Positions 37,601 through 50,016 of a DNA stretch of 64,000 nucleotides are shown here, piece after piece. The stretch spans positions 24,118,001-24,182,000 of the forward strand of contig CM119376.1 in the NCBI GenBank assembly GCA_051294905.1. The letters run 5' to 3'. Within the stretch, counting starts at the first letter, position 1; each line of letters opens with the position of its first letter. Made by a program: the position numbers and the translations under genes. Origin of the DNA: Botryllus schlosseri (Eukaryota). The notes under the pieces are model-generated. The model was given only the letters and a program-made list of their open reading frames with translations, was not told the DNA's origin and searched no databases.

Positions 37601-40600
37601 AATCAAAAAATAAATGAAATAAAAACAGCCTCACCTCGCCTGTTTACTGAATCTGTGAAGCAGCCAAGTTTATGAAGGCAGACTGGCTAGAACACTCATT
37701 TCAAGCTCTACAGCAGACATTTCGCCAGGTGGCGCTATTTCCTTCGAATTAGAGATCATATAAATCAGAAGTTTGCTAGCTTTTCGTACAAACCAATATG
37801 AGGCCTCTAGGACGAGCACAAATTAAGATATGATCATATGAAGTTGTTCAATTTGAGATTTTAAAAGGGTTAAGAGGCTGGCGCGGTGCAGTAAAACCAC
37901 GTTTGATCGTAGTGCAACAGCGTATGATGTTTTACATTGGCAAAGCTACTTGATTCGACACCATATTTATGCTCGTGTCTGAAACTTTATCTGACCATTT
38001 GTGTTTCAATTGCGAGTTGTGTGAGGAGCTTCTCAAAGCTTAAACTGATTAAGTCTTGTTGACGTTCTACCATGAATGATGATCGGCTATCGCTCTATGC
38101 ATTCTGTCTATAGAAAGAGACTACGTTCAAAAACTTGAATTTGAGGATAGTATCGCTGATTTTGCTTTGAGGCGGCTAGTAATATTATATTTTCGCAATC
38201 CATTCGTTCGCTATTTCTTGTCATATTATTTTTGACCTTATTAACGATCAGACGGCGAGGCGATACGCGGCATATTATTTGTAATTATTTTTATTGATAA
38301 GATTGTTTGAACGTGAATCTGTCGAAATTTGCTGCGATCTACTTAAGGGGGCGGCATTTTAAGCGAGAGCCATGGGCGGCAGCAGATGCTGCTACGCCAG
38401 TGGTTCACACCATCCCTGCTGATTATTGCCGTTCGCGACTCTGTGTACTTGTCATTATTATGTCACAACGACAAAATTATTTCTATATTTCGAACTTGGT
38501 TAACCTCATTTACTGGCGTTCACTGCTGAAGAGAGCAAGTCGAAAAGCTTCCAGTGGAATAAATTTGGCAATATGAACGTATTGTTTGCTGCAAGCTTTA
38601 TTTCTTGAAATTGAACACTTGCTTTTTTACATCAACATGTATGTTATCCAGACAAAAAACTGATATTAATTAGAAATCAAAATATATGGTACTGGGAATT
38701 GCAAGTGAAATCTAAATCTAAAAACGGAACATGTATTTCACGTATTTGGTCCAGAAAGTTTCGAAGGTTGGTATGCTGAAACAGCTCTAAAACTAAAGAA
38801 AAGTCAGAGTCCACTTTTCCAGATTAGGACACGCCATGAACAGCTAGATTACGATATGATAAGTAAATGCTAGATTGCGAAACATCAGTTTCAAACATTA
38901 TGACAAGCCATATATACTGTGATGAATTATCTCATATGGGCGAAGGACGACAATATGGTGTGAACGGAACCACGCCAACCCGCGCCCTAAATTATATTCG
39001 CCGATACTTTCGTGAAATCATACAGGTCACTCCGTATATCCACTGCGCGCGAAGCGCGACGAAAATTCTTCGCTGTACTCAACTTTTATGAAAATTAAAT
39101 GTTGATACTCCGTGAAAACAGCCCCGAAATTACTCAAGCTATCTTCCTGATTGGAGGATTAAACTACTTCTACTTGACAAACTGAAAATAGCGAAAAGTA
39201 AGTAAGTAGATCACAAAAATTATGAAGTAGAAGTAGAAGTAGTGAAATTCAGATCTACTTGAGTAAGTACCAGAAGTAGAGGAAAACTACTTGAGTACTT
39301 CGAAAAAGTAGAAGTACTTTGTTAATGACCACCTCTGGTTATGAGACAATGTAGTGGGTGCCTAACCCAAAAACTTGACGTGATGGAGAAAAACGGAAGT
39401 CATTTTTGAATTCATCGCCCAAAAGTTAGTCGAAATCATTTGTCTGATCAAAGTCAACAAAAAATCTGTTGACCAGTGTTATACTAACTACTCCGGCTAT
39501 ATGGAAACATCCTCTCACTACCTGTGTGTGATTCAGGCAATGCTCTGCAGTGCTTTTCTTAACTCACCTTTGGTCTCAACACTGCATGATACACATTCCT
39601 TCCGAATTCAGATCCAGCAGCCAGCCCCGTTGCGTCCGCCGATGACATCACAGCCGCAGAAACCGCACCCACGCCGAAAACGCTAACCGCTTGCGGAGTG
39701 AGGTATCGAATGACTATCGGTAGGATTTGGATTTCGCTTCCCACGTCTGCTGGGGAAACTCCAGACCCATTCATGTAATCGGTTAGTGTCCAATCTGCGA
39801 GAATATCGAGAGCACCGTCAGATCACGCAACGCGTCTTTGATATATTTGCGGTCTACTTGTGGATGTGGCAATTCCTCCAATCAGAATCGACGGTATCAA
39901 GAAGGCGATTGCGAGAAGCCCGCTGCATACGGACACTATCTTTGCGTTCCTGGTACTATTTATTGCTAGTATCCGTTGAAACACCGCTTGAATTGGTACC
40001 GCGCCGAACAACTGTTGCACCGGAACTGTTAGGTTTGGCTCTCAAGTAATCTATGGGAAATATAAATACTACTCACAGTGGAAAAGATGATGTCGACATA
40101 TGGACCTGCGGTGTCCGGATCCCACTTTCCAACCCAACTGTTTTCGCCATAAAACGACTCGCTGATACTTCCGACAGCCTCGTGATAAAATACGAACGGG
40201 ACTGCAATAACCTGAATCGAGTACGATGGGTGAAATTGAATAGCCTCCACTAGCAACTATTCTTAATGTAATACGTCGCTATGAAAACAGCAACTGATTC
40301 ATAGAGAGCCATAGCTGGGCGGTTCTGGAAAAATAGTCGCTGACAGGCAAGGGTGGACGGTAACCACGTATACTTCTACCAATCCTACTTTGCAACCTGT
40401 CCTACTTCTTCGACTGAATATACTTTCAGAGTATTTATACTTGCACGAAGTAATATTCGGATATTTGCATCAACGTAATCAGTGAAATTGTTGCCACAAC
40501 CGGGCATTTATAATACGATCAATCATTCTTCGTTTGCCGCAAAATGCACCTGGCAATTTCATGAACTTGTGAGCGGATATTGACTAACAAAAGTATGCGA

Positions 40601-43600
40601 CGCTTTGTTCCAATCTACTTCTTCGAATTAATTTAATATAGAAAAACTTTCCTACCATTGGTTTTATGCTTAAAGTATATTGTTGAGGTTTTGAGGTTCT
40701 GAGGTGAGGAACTTGCAATTGGGTAGATATTTATGACATTACTCCTACTAGTAGGCTTAGTAGCAACTAATTCTACTCGTATCATCAATGGTTATACTTT
40801 TACGGACTCTTTGGCGATATTCCATCTCGCATTCAAGCTTATCTATTCTATAATAGTATAAATATATACCATTCCCAGTGTGACGAAGATCAGTTGAATG
40901 ACATCGGTGTAGGCGACTGAGTATATTCCTCCTATCAGCGTGTAGAGCGTTGCTACCGCTGCGGATGAAATGATGGATGCCTCCCGTGACAGTCCTGCTA
41001 CCACTTGGATAGTCGAACCTGAAAGTACGCAATGCAAATCAGATCGGGCTGTTCGTACAAATAATATATCATATTGCCCGTATACAGGGCACTGACAAGA
41101 CTTTAAAGCAGGGGTTCCTAAACTATAGGTCGCGACCCCAATGGGGTAGTTTGCCTATTCTCTGGGATAGCGGGGGTGTAAATGAAATACCATTGACTAT
41201 TACAAGAATGTCAGTTAGGCGGATGCTATCGGCGGCTAATTTATGAGTATTTAGGTTCATTTCTCAAAATAGAAGAAGATATGACATCTGAGGAATGCGA
41301 ACCCGACAAACAGGGTATCAGATCAGTCGAAGTGTCGTTTTAAAAGCGCCAAGCGCCACCTACTACAACTGATGGTCGGTGTCTCGCCATCACTATGAAG
41401 ATTAAAGTGTCGGGAGTATAATAAAAACCAATAAGACGGTAATTTTTCTTTAAAAAAACAGCCAGTGACCGGTAGTGCTTTGTGTTGACAGTATATAATA
41501 CATACGCACGCCCACGGCCTCGATCGGCGCGGCCGAAAAACTTATAGATCGTTATCTGTATTTCACGTGACGCAGTATTTCACGTAGCAGTATTTGACTA
41601 TGCTTCGATTGGATATAGATAGCAATCGTTTCAAAAAAGCTATATGCAATCATACATCGTTATTGTCTTGGTTGAGTTTCTTATGTCAAGGACGTAGGTT
41701 TACGAGTTTATAATTGCCAATACTGCGCACATATATGCCAGCTTCACACATGTAGGCCGTGAGTAGGGTTGGTTGACGTTGGTGATCAGTTTTTAGTAAT
41801 CAGCACGCCAGATTGCGAGGTGGGATCGCGAAACATATCCAAAGCGAAATTCGGGGTCGCGGCCGTAAAAAGTTTGTGAACCCCTGCTTTAAAGCGGGGG
41901 AGCAATTAACTATATAATTCCACGAACAAATATTCTGATATGAATTGTATTTAAAATATGTTTCGGCATGATTAGGCCTACATAACAATCGATAATTTCT
42001 TGAGTATTTTGTTTGACTTCTGAGTGTTTCTATTACCTACCAAGTGCATTGAGTATTGATCCCACAAAAACAATTCCTCCAAACATGTCAATACAAAAGT
42101 AGAACACGGTAAAATGCTTTCCAAGTGACTCCTCGAAAGGGTCTAAGACGGTGAGGTAATTCTGTAAAACATTGAAATGATAACACTCAGAGGTGGTCAG
42201 TAACGAAGTACTTCTACTTTTTGGAAGTACTCAAGTAGTTTTCTTCTACTTCTGGTACTTACTCAAGTAGAGCTGATTTTCTCAACTTCTACTTCTACTT
42301 CGTCATATTTTGTGAACTAGTTACTTACTTGTCGCTATTTTCAGTTTGTCAAGTAGAAGTAGTTTAATCGCCCAATACGAAAGATAGCCCGAGGAATTTC
42401 TGGGCTGTTTTCACGGAGTGCCAACTCAAGTAGTTTTCTTCTACTTCTGGTACTTACTCAAGTAGAGCTGATTTTCTCAACTTCTACTTCTACTTCGTAA
42501 TATTTTGTGAACTAGTTACTTACTTGTCGCTATTTTCAGTTTGTCAGGTAGAAGTAGTTTAATCGCCCAATACGAAAGATAGTCTGAGGAATTTCTGGGC
42601 TGTTTTCACGGAGTACCAACATTTAATATCCACAACAGTCAAGTAAAGCCCAGAAATTTTGTTGCGCTTCGCGCACAGTAGTTATGGAGTGACAAATATG
42701 TTTTCACGAAAGTATAAGTGAATATAATTTAGGTACCGGATTGCTTCGTTCCGCTCACACCACACTGTCGCCCGTATAAAATATTTCACCACGGTAAATA
42801 TGGCCCACCGTAACGTTTGAAACCACCGTTTTGCAATCTAGCAATTACCTATCATTTCGTAATCTAGCAGCCCATGACGTGTCCTGCTAATCTGGAATAT
42901 CCGACTTTTTTTAACGTTACACCTGTTTTAGCAGATCACCTTTGAAGATTTATGGACAAAAGACATGAAATATATTTTCCGCTTTTTAGAAGTGGTATTT
43001 GTAATTAACTTTCAATTCCGAGTATCATACTTTGAGTTCTAATTACTTTCAGAACATACACGTTGAAGCATAAAAGCAAGTGTAGTATGCCTCTATTTTT
43101 CGAAAATAAAGCTACGCTAAATATAACTTTTACGATACAATATTTGTTATTAACGTATACTAATCGCGCAAAGTGTTGAAACCGTATCCAATACAACTTC
43201 TCCGTATTGCTCTTCGGCTAAACTTGGGGTCTTATAATATGGGGTAGGGCGCCATGCCATGATATTCTCTAAAACGGGATCTTCTAGTGAACAAAGGGTT
43301 AGTATCGCATTTTCATATCAATACTATAATTTGCATCCATGATGCGAAGAATGCTTATTCTGTCAAAATTGATACCTCTTGGATCATGAAATTGACCTCT
43401 TTGAGATACTCAATGCGAATCAAGCTCTCTGCACTTTCCACATAGCTCAATTAGCAGCCTTTGAGACCTGTAATTAGAGACATAGACTTTTCAAACTACT
43501 TACTTACTTGAGTAGATTTAAAGTCAGTCGATTCTACTTATACTTCAAGTAGTTTTGGATGGCTTATGGAATAAGTACTTCTACTTGAACTTGAGTAGAT

Positions 43601-46600
43601 TTTTTCGTCGCTACTTCTACTTCTACTTGAGTAGCTTTTTTGACTACTTTGACCACCTCTGAAACACTTTAGCACCTGCACAGTGTGCACACCTGCAAGT
43701 CAACTGCAAAAATATTCAGAGTGTCTCGAAAATTCAATGCCAAACCGAAAATCTACGCCTGATTTGTAGGGTTCTGGTAAAAATCATTTTGCCTCTAATT
43801 AAAATCACTCTTAATCGAAACAATAATTGAAATCATATTTTTTATGGTTTTTACTCATGATAAAAACAAGGAAAGGACACGGGATGAATGAGGATCATGT
43901 CAATCGAGGGCATTTGAGCGGGATGGCATTTGTCTTGTGCGATGTGGTTGAAATTTTCTTTCTCTATTCAGTTTGCAATTAATGTCCAATTTCATCAACC
44001 TCGTTACTAATAACAATGATTGCTGATACCGTCAAATCCTATTATATTTATTATTAGTAATTTTAAGAGATGTTTGAAAGCACTTGTTTTCATATTAAAG
44101 AAGTTGGAGTCGGAGTCAGGAGCATTTTCACAAACTCCGACTCCGGCACGTATTTTTTTCACGACTCCGACTCCAAGGCGCTCTAAAAATAGACTCCGTC
44201 TTCGATACCCCTGATACAAACTGTATTCACCGGCGAGTTGACTAAAAAAAAAGTAAATCTTTCGGCTCGACCTCGAAATTACACTTTTACAGCTAAATGT
44301 TCGTGAGTTGACTAAAAAAAGGTCATCTCTTCGACTTGACTCCTATATAAACGTTTTAACGCGCCATCGCCCCCTTCGTTATTATCGCCCCCTATCGCCC
44401 CCTTCGTCCGTTTTCGCCCCCCTGTCGCCCCCTTGGTCATTTTCACCCCCCTAGACCGCCAAATCGCCCCCTGGGGGCGATATCGCCCACGTTGGGAACC
44501 ACTGGTCTAGGGTTACCATATTTCTGTGACTTAAATCCCGGACACTCTTTAGCGCCCACTAGAGGATTTCAAAATGAGGTATGAGCACATTGTATGAATA
44601 TGACGTCACACTAGCAAAGCTTTGCTTATTGACCACAGGTGGTCAGGTCACGATCCGGTTCTAGAGTATATGGCTGTGTGTTCTGTAAACAGGACTGAAA
44701 CCACATTTTTCAGCCCCCTCCCACCCAAATTAACAATGATTTTGGGCCCACCACAGGGTAATCGATGTAACTTCTGGGGGGATGCTTGCTATATGTGTCT
44801 GGTTTCTATATGCATCTGGTCGTAAATTATTTGTAGGGACTCTGTCAATAATATTGGTTCTTCCATTTATTACTATATAGTTTGATCCGATCCCCGCCAA
44901 CATGATCAGAGTTAGCGGTTGAACTGGTGGAGGATGATGACTACAAAAATACAGGGATCATGGAGCTTTATAAACAGCCCACATTCGTTGGTTTCCCACC
45001 TTTTATGGTCGCGACTCCATCTCCATAAGTTGAAAAGGTTCCATTGCACAGATCAAAATTTGACGAGCTGATTACTAAAAGAAGTCAGAACATTTGCCTG
45101 GACATACTCACCGGCTATTTAGGAAGATGATTACGTTCAACATCTTCGCGAACCCCAGAATAAAGGCAAACGACCACCACATTTGCAACCACTATCTTTG
45201 AAAAAAGCATTTAAGCGGCTTAACCGTCTCTAGAAATATACCGTTCTCCTATAATTGCGAGTACAATTAGGCTTATTTCAGTGAATGAAGGTTATTATTA
45301 TTTATTTTTTATTGCAGTTTTGGCGAGGGTGGTAGTCCCACTAATGAAATCAATATATTTGATAGTAAATTGCGCATAGCGCGAAGAAAAATTTCATGTA
45401 GCATAAATCTCACAAAAAATAAAGTTATTATGTTGATTAACGAAAAAAAATTTGAGCCCACGTCAAACCTTCAAAATTCCGGACATTAAATCATATTATA
45501 GAAATTCTCCCGGACGCAATTTGAACAGTGAAATTCCGGACATGTCCGGGAAATTCCGGACGTATGGCAACCCTAGTCTAAAGGCAATTTTAGGAATGGT
45601 GTGAACCTCTGAAAGGTTCAGGTTCGTGTGAATGCGAATCTTTTTGAAATGTTCTGTGTGAACGCGAAAGTGAACCTCATGACGTCACGTGACGTCATAT
45701 TGCTAATTCCAATCCTACATTTTAGCGAAGTGATAGCCTATATTGATGTACGTACACGATACCAAGCGACGACTCGGGCCACTTGATGCCACAATGTTGA
45801 AGTACATATTGACGTTTTAAACGTTGCCACATGTTTCAATAGGGGCAATCAAATGTATAATACTCCCATAAAATCAATGTATTCCGTTACTTTGCCAACA
45901 ATTTCGACGAGGACTTGCAAGAAATATAAGCTTACGCCTTGACGGTCTTCGCCAGACCGGACAATGTAGTCGGCGTCTGAGTATTGCTACGTTGATATTG
46001 AACAGAGTGTAAAATGGGTTTCCCTACTTGCTACCGATAAACACCACTAACAAGTTATACAGCAGTAGCCAACACCCCAATCGCACGGATTGGGTTTTTA
46101 TGATACAATAAACAATGAACATCTTTAATCAAGATTGACCCCATACGCCTGCTAGATTTTTACATCAGAAATCGATATCAATTTCATTGATTGGTTGAAT
46201 AAGCATCATTCGCTGACTACCTGCTCTATTTGTATTGTAGTATATATTTCGCTCTTGGTGTTGTGTGATTGCGGGTCAAGCTCACAGCAGAGAGTCACTA
46301 AATACTCGAGCAAGCTTTTGTAACAAAGCAAGTAAAAATTTTGAGATTGTCAATGCGCATGCTCGTTTAGTGTCGATTTTTTTCATACTGCCAGCATCAT
46401 GCATATAGTGGCCCGCAGTTGAAGTGCAATAAATTCCAACCAAAGATGTTATAACGAAGTGAAAATTGTAATATATCAAAAAGGTTCGCGGTCCAGAAGC
46501 TACCAAGGTTCGTTTGTGAACGTAAACCTCTAAATTTCTGAGGTTCACACACAGAACGCGAGCGTGAACCTCACGTTCACACCATCCCTAATAAGTAGGC

Positions 46601-47880
46601 TATGTCACAGTTGTCACACGCGCGTATGGACGTCGTCCAACTACCACAAGGTAGACAAATAAGACAATCGCTCTATCAAATATGCCGGATCTGATTTGTG
46701 GAACAGTATATCTCTCCCGCTATCCGACAATCATCGAGCATGTCCACATTCAAGTCAAAATAAAAAATAAAAAATAAAATTTTTACTGAATAAATACTAG
46801 TTAATCCTCTAGTCTATCGGACCACGACCTGACATATCAATCTCACTTTCCGACACATGCTACCCTTTTTTGTCACCTGTCTTTTTATGTTATCTTCTTT
46901 TACTTTTCATTCAGTAGGTGTTCCTCCTTTTTTACATCGTTTAGGCAAGGTGGGTGTCTTATTTCGAAGACTACTGCAAGTCGTTTCGACACCTTGCTAT
47001 CTTTCATTGTATCGCAGTAATGTGGTGTATTGAGATAATGAAAATTGTAGCAATAAATTGAATTGAATCATTGATGATATCTGGAGTGGTCTCTGGATGC
47101 GAAAAACTCTTTCCCGTCTATGTACATTGTACAATGTACAATGTACAATGCATATGGTAGTCACAAAATATACCACATTCATGCATCTCTCCAAAAAATC
47201 AAACAGCCACAAAAATCAAAAAATTCAGCACGGTGGAATTAAAATTTGAAATCAGGGGTAAGAACCTGAAATATATCGCACTGATTTAAATCAGCCTGAT
47301 TTAAACCAGAACCTACTGATTTGTATGCAACGAAACGAACGCATCATTACATATTTACATATTTTAGTGCCTGTTTAGATTGTACTGTAGCCTACTATGT
47401 AGGCCTATTATTAAGTATGGGCTACATATACGTTTGTTAGTGTATTTTGTTTTATGGAAATAGCACCGAAATACTATATTAGATCGATTCTACCTTGCTT
47501 CTCATCCTATCGGAGAATGCCAATCCTGCGATTATCAAACTGCATCCGTAGCAGACAGGAGCTACGCTCCAAACAAGACCCAATGATGGAGAGTATACTG
47601 TCTCGGCCGCACCATTCAATGTTCCACCTCCAACCCACGATGCTGAGAGATAAATAGAGAGTTTACAAATTATATATGTCATTTTGGCTCTAGTATACAT
47701 ATGTCCCGTACCTGTCACTGTGAAAATTCCCAGACACAGCCCGATGTCTTTGGCGCCAACTATCATTGCCTCTGCAGGTTTACTAGCATTTTGATTTTTC
47801 GTAAATCGAGCTGCCAATATCCCAGCAGCAGCAATAAGTGCGTAGAAAAACGCGACGGAGACGAGCAGAATAACGTCCAT
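34660..47880 (-). CDS. SLC5A7: Complete SLC5A7/CHT1-like solute:sodium symporter (divergent), about 536 aa
   Basis: Exons 47880-47712, 47642-47494, 42161-42041, 41018-40870, 40211-40077, 40011-39858, 39794-39568, 35691-35545, 35019-34660 are all GT-AG and in phase (1611 nt). CHT1 motifs GAKDIG, ASWVGGG, LDPF, YSVAYTDVIQ, QAVFQR, GAVSAAVMSSAD, FPVKTFAM. The 3' end of the last exon is uncertain. Confidence 0.92.
37415..37873. repeat. Two diverged ~160-bp tandem units followed by a piggyBac-like end (AAAGGG|TTAA)
   Basis: GAAGCAGCCAAGT.TATGAA.GCAGAC.GCTAGAACACT occurs at ~37508 and ~37658; AAAGGGTTAA at 37864-37873. I found no matching left end. Confidence 0.4.
41109..41886. mobile_element. hAT MITE in SLC5A7 intron 3
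   Basis: CAGGGGTTCCTAAAC...GTTTGTGAACCCCTG; perfect TSD CTTTAAAG. Confidence 0.88.
42188..43661. mobile_element. TACTCAAGTAG-family element with an internal ~195-bp tandem duplication
   Basis: CAGAGGTGGTCAG...TGACCACCTCTG termini; 42229-42423 is repeated at 42424-42618; interior shared with 3200-3976 and 4525-5340. Confidence 0.87.
44508..45575. mobile_element. Non-autonomous hAT-like element, TAGGGTT(A/G)CCATA termini
   Basis: TAGGGTTACCATATT...CGTATGGCAACCCTA. The left end, the 45055-45180 interior and the right end all match 50017-51848 in reverse orientation. Confidence 0.8.
45591..46590. mobile_element. ~1-kb non-autonomous TIR element with GTGAAC subterminal repeats
   Basis: TAGGAATGGTGTGAAC...GTTCACACCATCCCTA inverted termini; clustered GTGAAC/GTTCAC motifs at both ends; no convincing ORF. 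Confidence 0.7.
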
Positions 47881-48306
47881 ACTTCCGACAGGACGATTCA
47901 ATGTCGCAATGCAACTGAGAATTCGTCAAATATGTATCATACCTCTGTGCCCGAATAAAACGTTTCAGCGCATAGATGAGGTTCATAACAAAATTCGAAT
48001 ACCTTCCGATTTCAACGGAAGTGCGACAAAAAGTAGTTTGCATGCGAGTTGGATGTAATAAAATTTAATTGAGTATACGATTTCTGGCATTGCGAACTGC
48101 AAATCGTATGTTCGCATAGCTCAATAGTCTATACCCGCGTTCTCGACCGCCTCTCCGCGTCAACTTTCCTGTCGGTCTGCAAATATATCACAATTTTATA
48201 TGTCAATTGCAAAATGCAAGGCGTTGTAGGCTGGTCCATCAACAAAGGGGCATTGCATGCGCTGTAAATGGGATATGGTCTCAAATTAAATAAGTAGCCT
48301 AGAGGT

Positions 48307-48563
48307 GCGTAAAACATTTTTGTAAAACCCATCTCCTCAGAAAGCTACCATTCTATAACTGCAGCGAAATATTTTTTCTAGTATCTATAAGCGCAGCTGG
48401 ATTTCAACGTCAGATATATAATGATATTAGTATAGCGTAAAACAGTTTTGTAAAAGCCATTCTGCTCAGAAAGCTACCATTCTATAACTGCAGCGAAATA
48501 TTTTTACTATAGTATCTGTAAGCGCAGCCGGATTTCCACGTCAGATATATAATGATATTGGTT
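48307..48563. repeat. 128-bp tandem duplication upstream of the SLC5A7-like start codon
   Basis: GCGTAAAACA...CAGAAAGCTACCATTCTATAACTGCAGCGAAATATTTT...GTCAGATATATAATGATATT starts at 48307 and again at 48435. Confidence 0.85.
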
Positions 48564-49168
48564 GCGTAGTTATTGTTTTAGCATATCAGTATCAGTTTAT
48601 TAGTATTTTCATCATTTCAAAACACCACAGAACTGCCGCTGAAGCTTTCTGGACAAAAGATATTGTATATATTTCCGCCTTTGAAATTTGTATTTATGTT
48701 TCTTTTAATACACGGTATCATTAATTTGAGGTCTTTTGTGTGGAGCACATATGCATGTTGAAGTTTAAGACTATAAGTGCAGCATTTCTTCTATTTTCCG
48801 AAAGTAAAAATAAATGAATGCTAGATTGTCTTTTTACTATCGACCATATTCTATAGTTAACGCATAGTAAACGCGCGAAACGTTGCTGCATTATCCGATT
48901 CCGTAACTTAATGTATAGTCGTTTTGGTTTCTCCGTATTGCTCTTCGTCCTAACTACGGGACACGGGCCTAATACGGAAAAGGGCACCAATCCATGACAT
49001 TTTCCGGAACGGGCCGACTAGGTGAACAAAAGAACAACATCAGTTTCATTGCAAAACTAACAACTATTATTTGCATCCCATCATGCGGTCGAACTGTGCT
49101 GCGGAACATGTATGGCTTGTATGCCTCCGGGGATGTAGCAGCACCATAATTATATATACCATCATATA

Positions 49169-49493
49169 GGGTTAGTCAAAATAACTTTTTCCGGATTCCC
49201 GCCATCCACTGATGAAATTGTCAGGTTACCCTAAAAATTGCTGCACACCAAATTTGGTTCAATTCAAGTTAAGCCGCCGCAGAGCCATTTAAAATTATTA
49301 CTGAGAAAAATTTAAAAAAAATTCAGCTTTTTCTCACAACCCCATGAAATTGTTGAGTTGTTTTCATATACGATGCAAAACAAATTTGACTCAATTCCAA
49401 CGAGTGGAAGCGGAGTTATTTGAGTTTTTCGTTGATAATTCTCGCATTATCCTTGATTGGTGGATAATCCGAGAATTATCAACGAAAAACTCC
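49169..49493. mobile_element. Truncated, diverged copy (one arm plus loop) of the 19257-19871 foldback
   Basis: Begins TA|GGGTTAGTCAAAATAACTTTTT and follows the left arm, the loop (TTATCCTTGATTGGTGGATAAT) and ~35 bp of the right arm. Confidence 0.8.
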
Positions 49494-50016
49494 ACCGGAT
49501 TCCAGCTGTCGGCACGAGGGATGACGAGTTCTCTTTTCTACCTGCGGCCTGCGGACGTGATATTGAAATGACGAAGGTCGAAGCACAAGGACGTGGGTGA
49601 TGCATGAGAACCTTTTAATTCTACGTATGAACTGCGTGCATTGAATGTTGCGATAGAAAGATTTTTGTCATATAACTACGACTGTTAGTGTGGTGATTTG
49701 GTTTAATGTGGTGGATCATCATTGGATGGATTTGGATTCATAAACATTTTTCCATGACCCAATATCGTATCCGTGGCATCCTGATTTTGATTAAGAAATA
49801 ATGAACCAAATTCTAATCACCAGCCTTCACAACTGAACTTCTGGTATTCGTCACAATATATACGTAAGGCCATCATCACATCACCAAGAGCACAGGGAAC
49901 TTAGAAATACGCCGTTGTGACATGTGACTTTAAGGCTAATGTTTTGGTGGTTTATAACTAGATTCAATCATCCAATCACTGCGACGGGGAAATAAGATGT
50001 AAAAATATTCCTAGAG

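Noticed and set aside
45591-46590. Autonomous transposon or transposase ORF
   Set aside because: Only short ORFs without DDE, hAT or THAP motifs; no transposase or reverse transcriptase is recognisable anywhere in the window.
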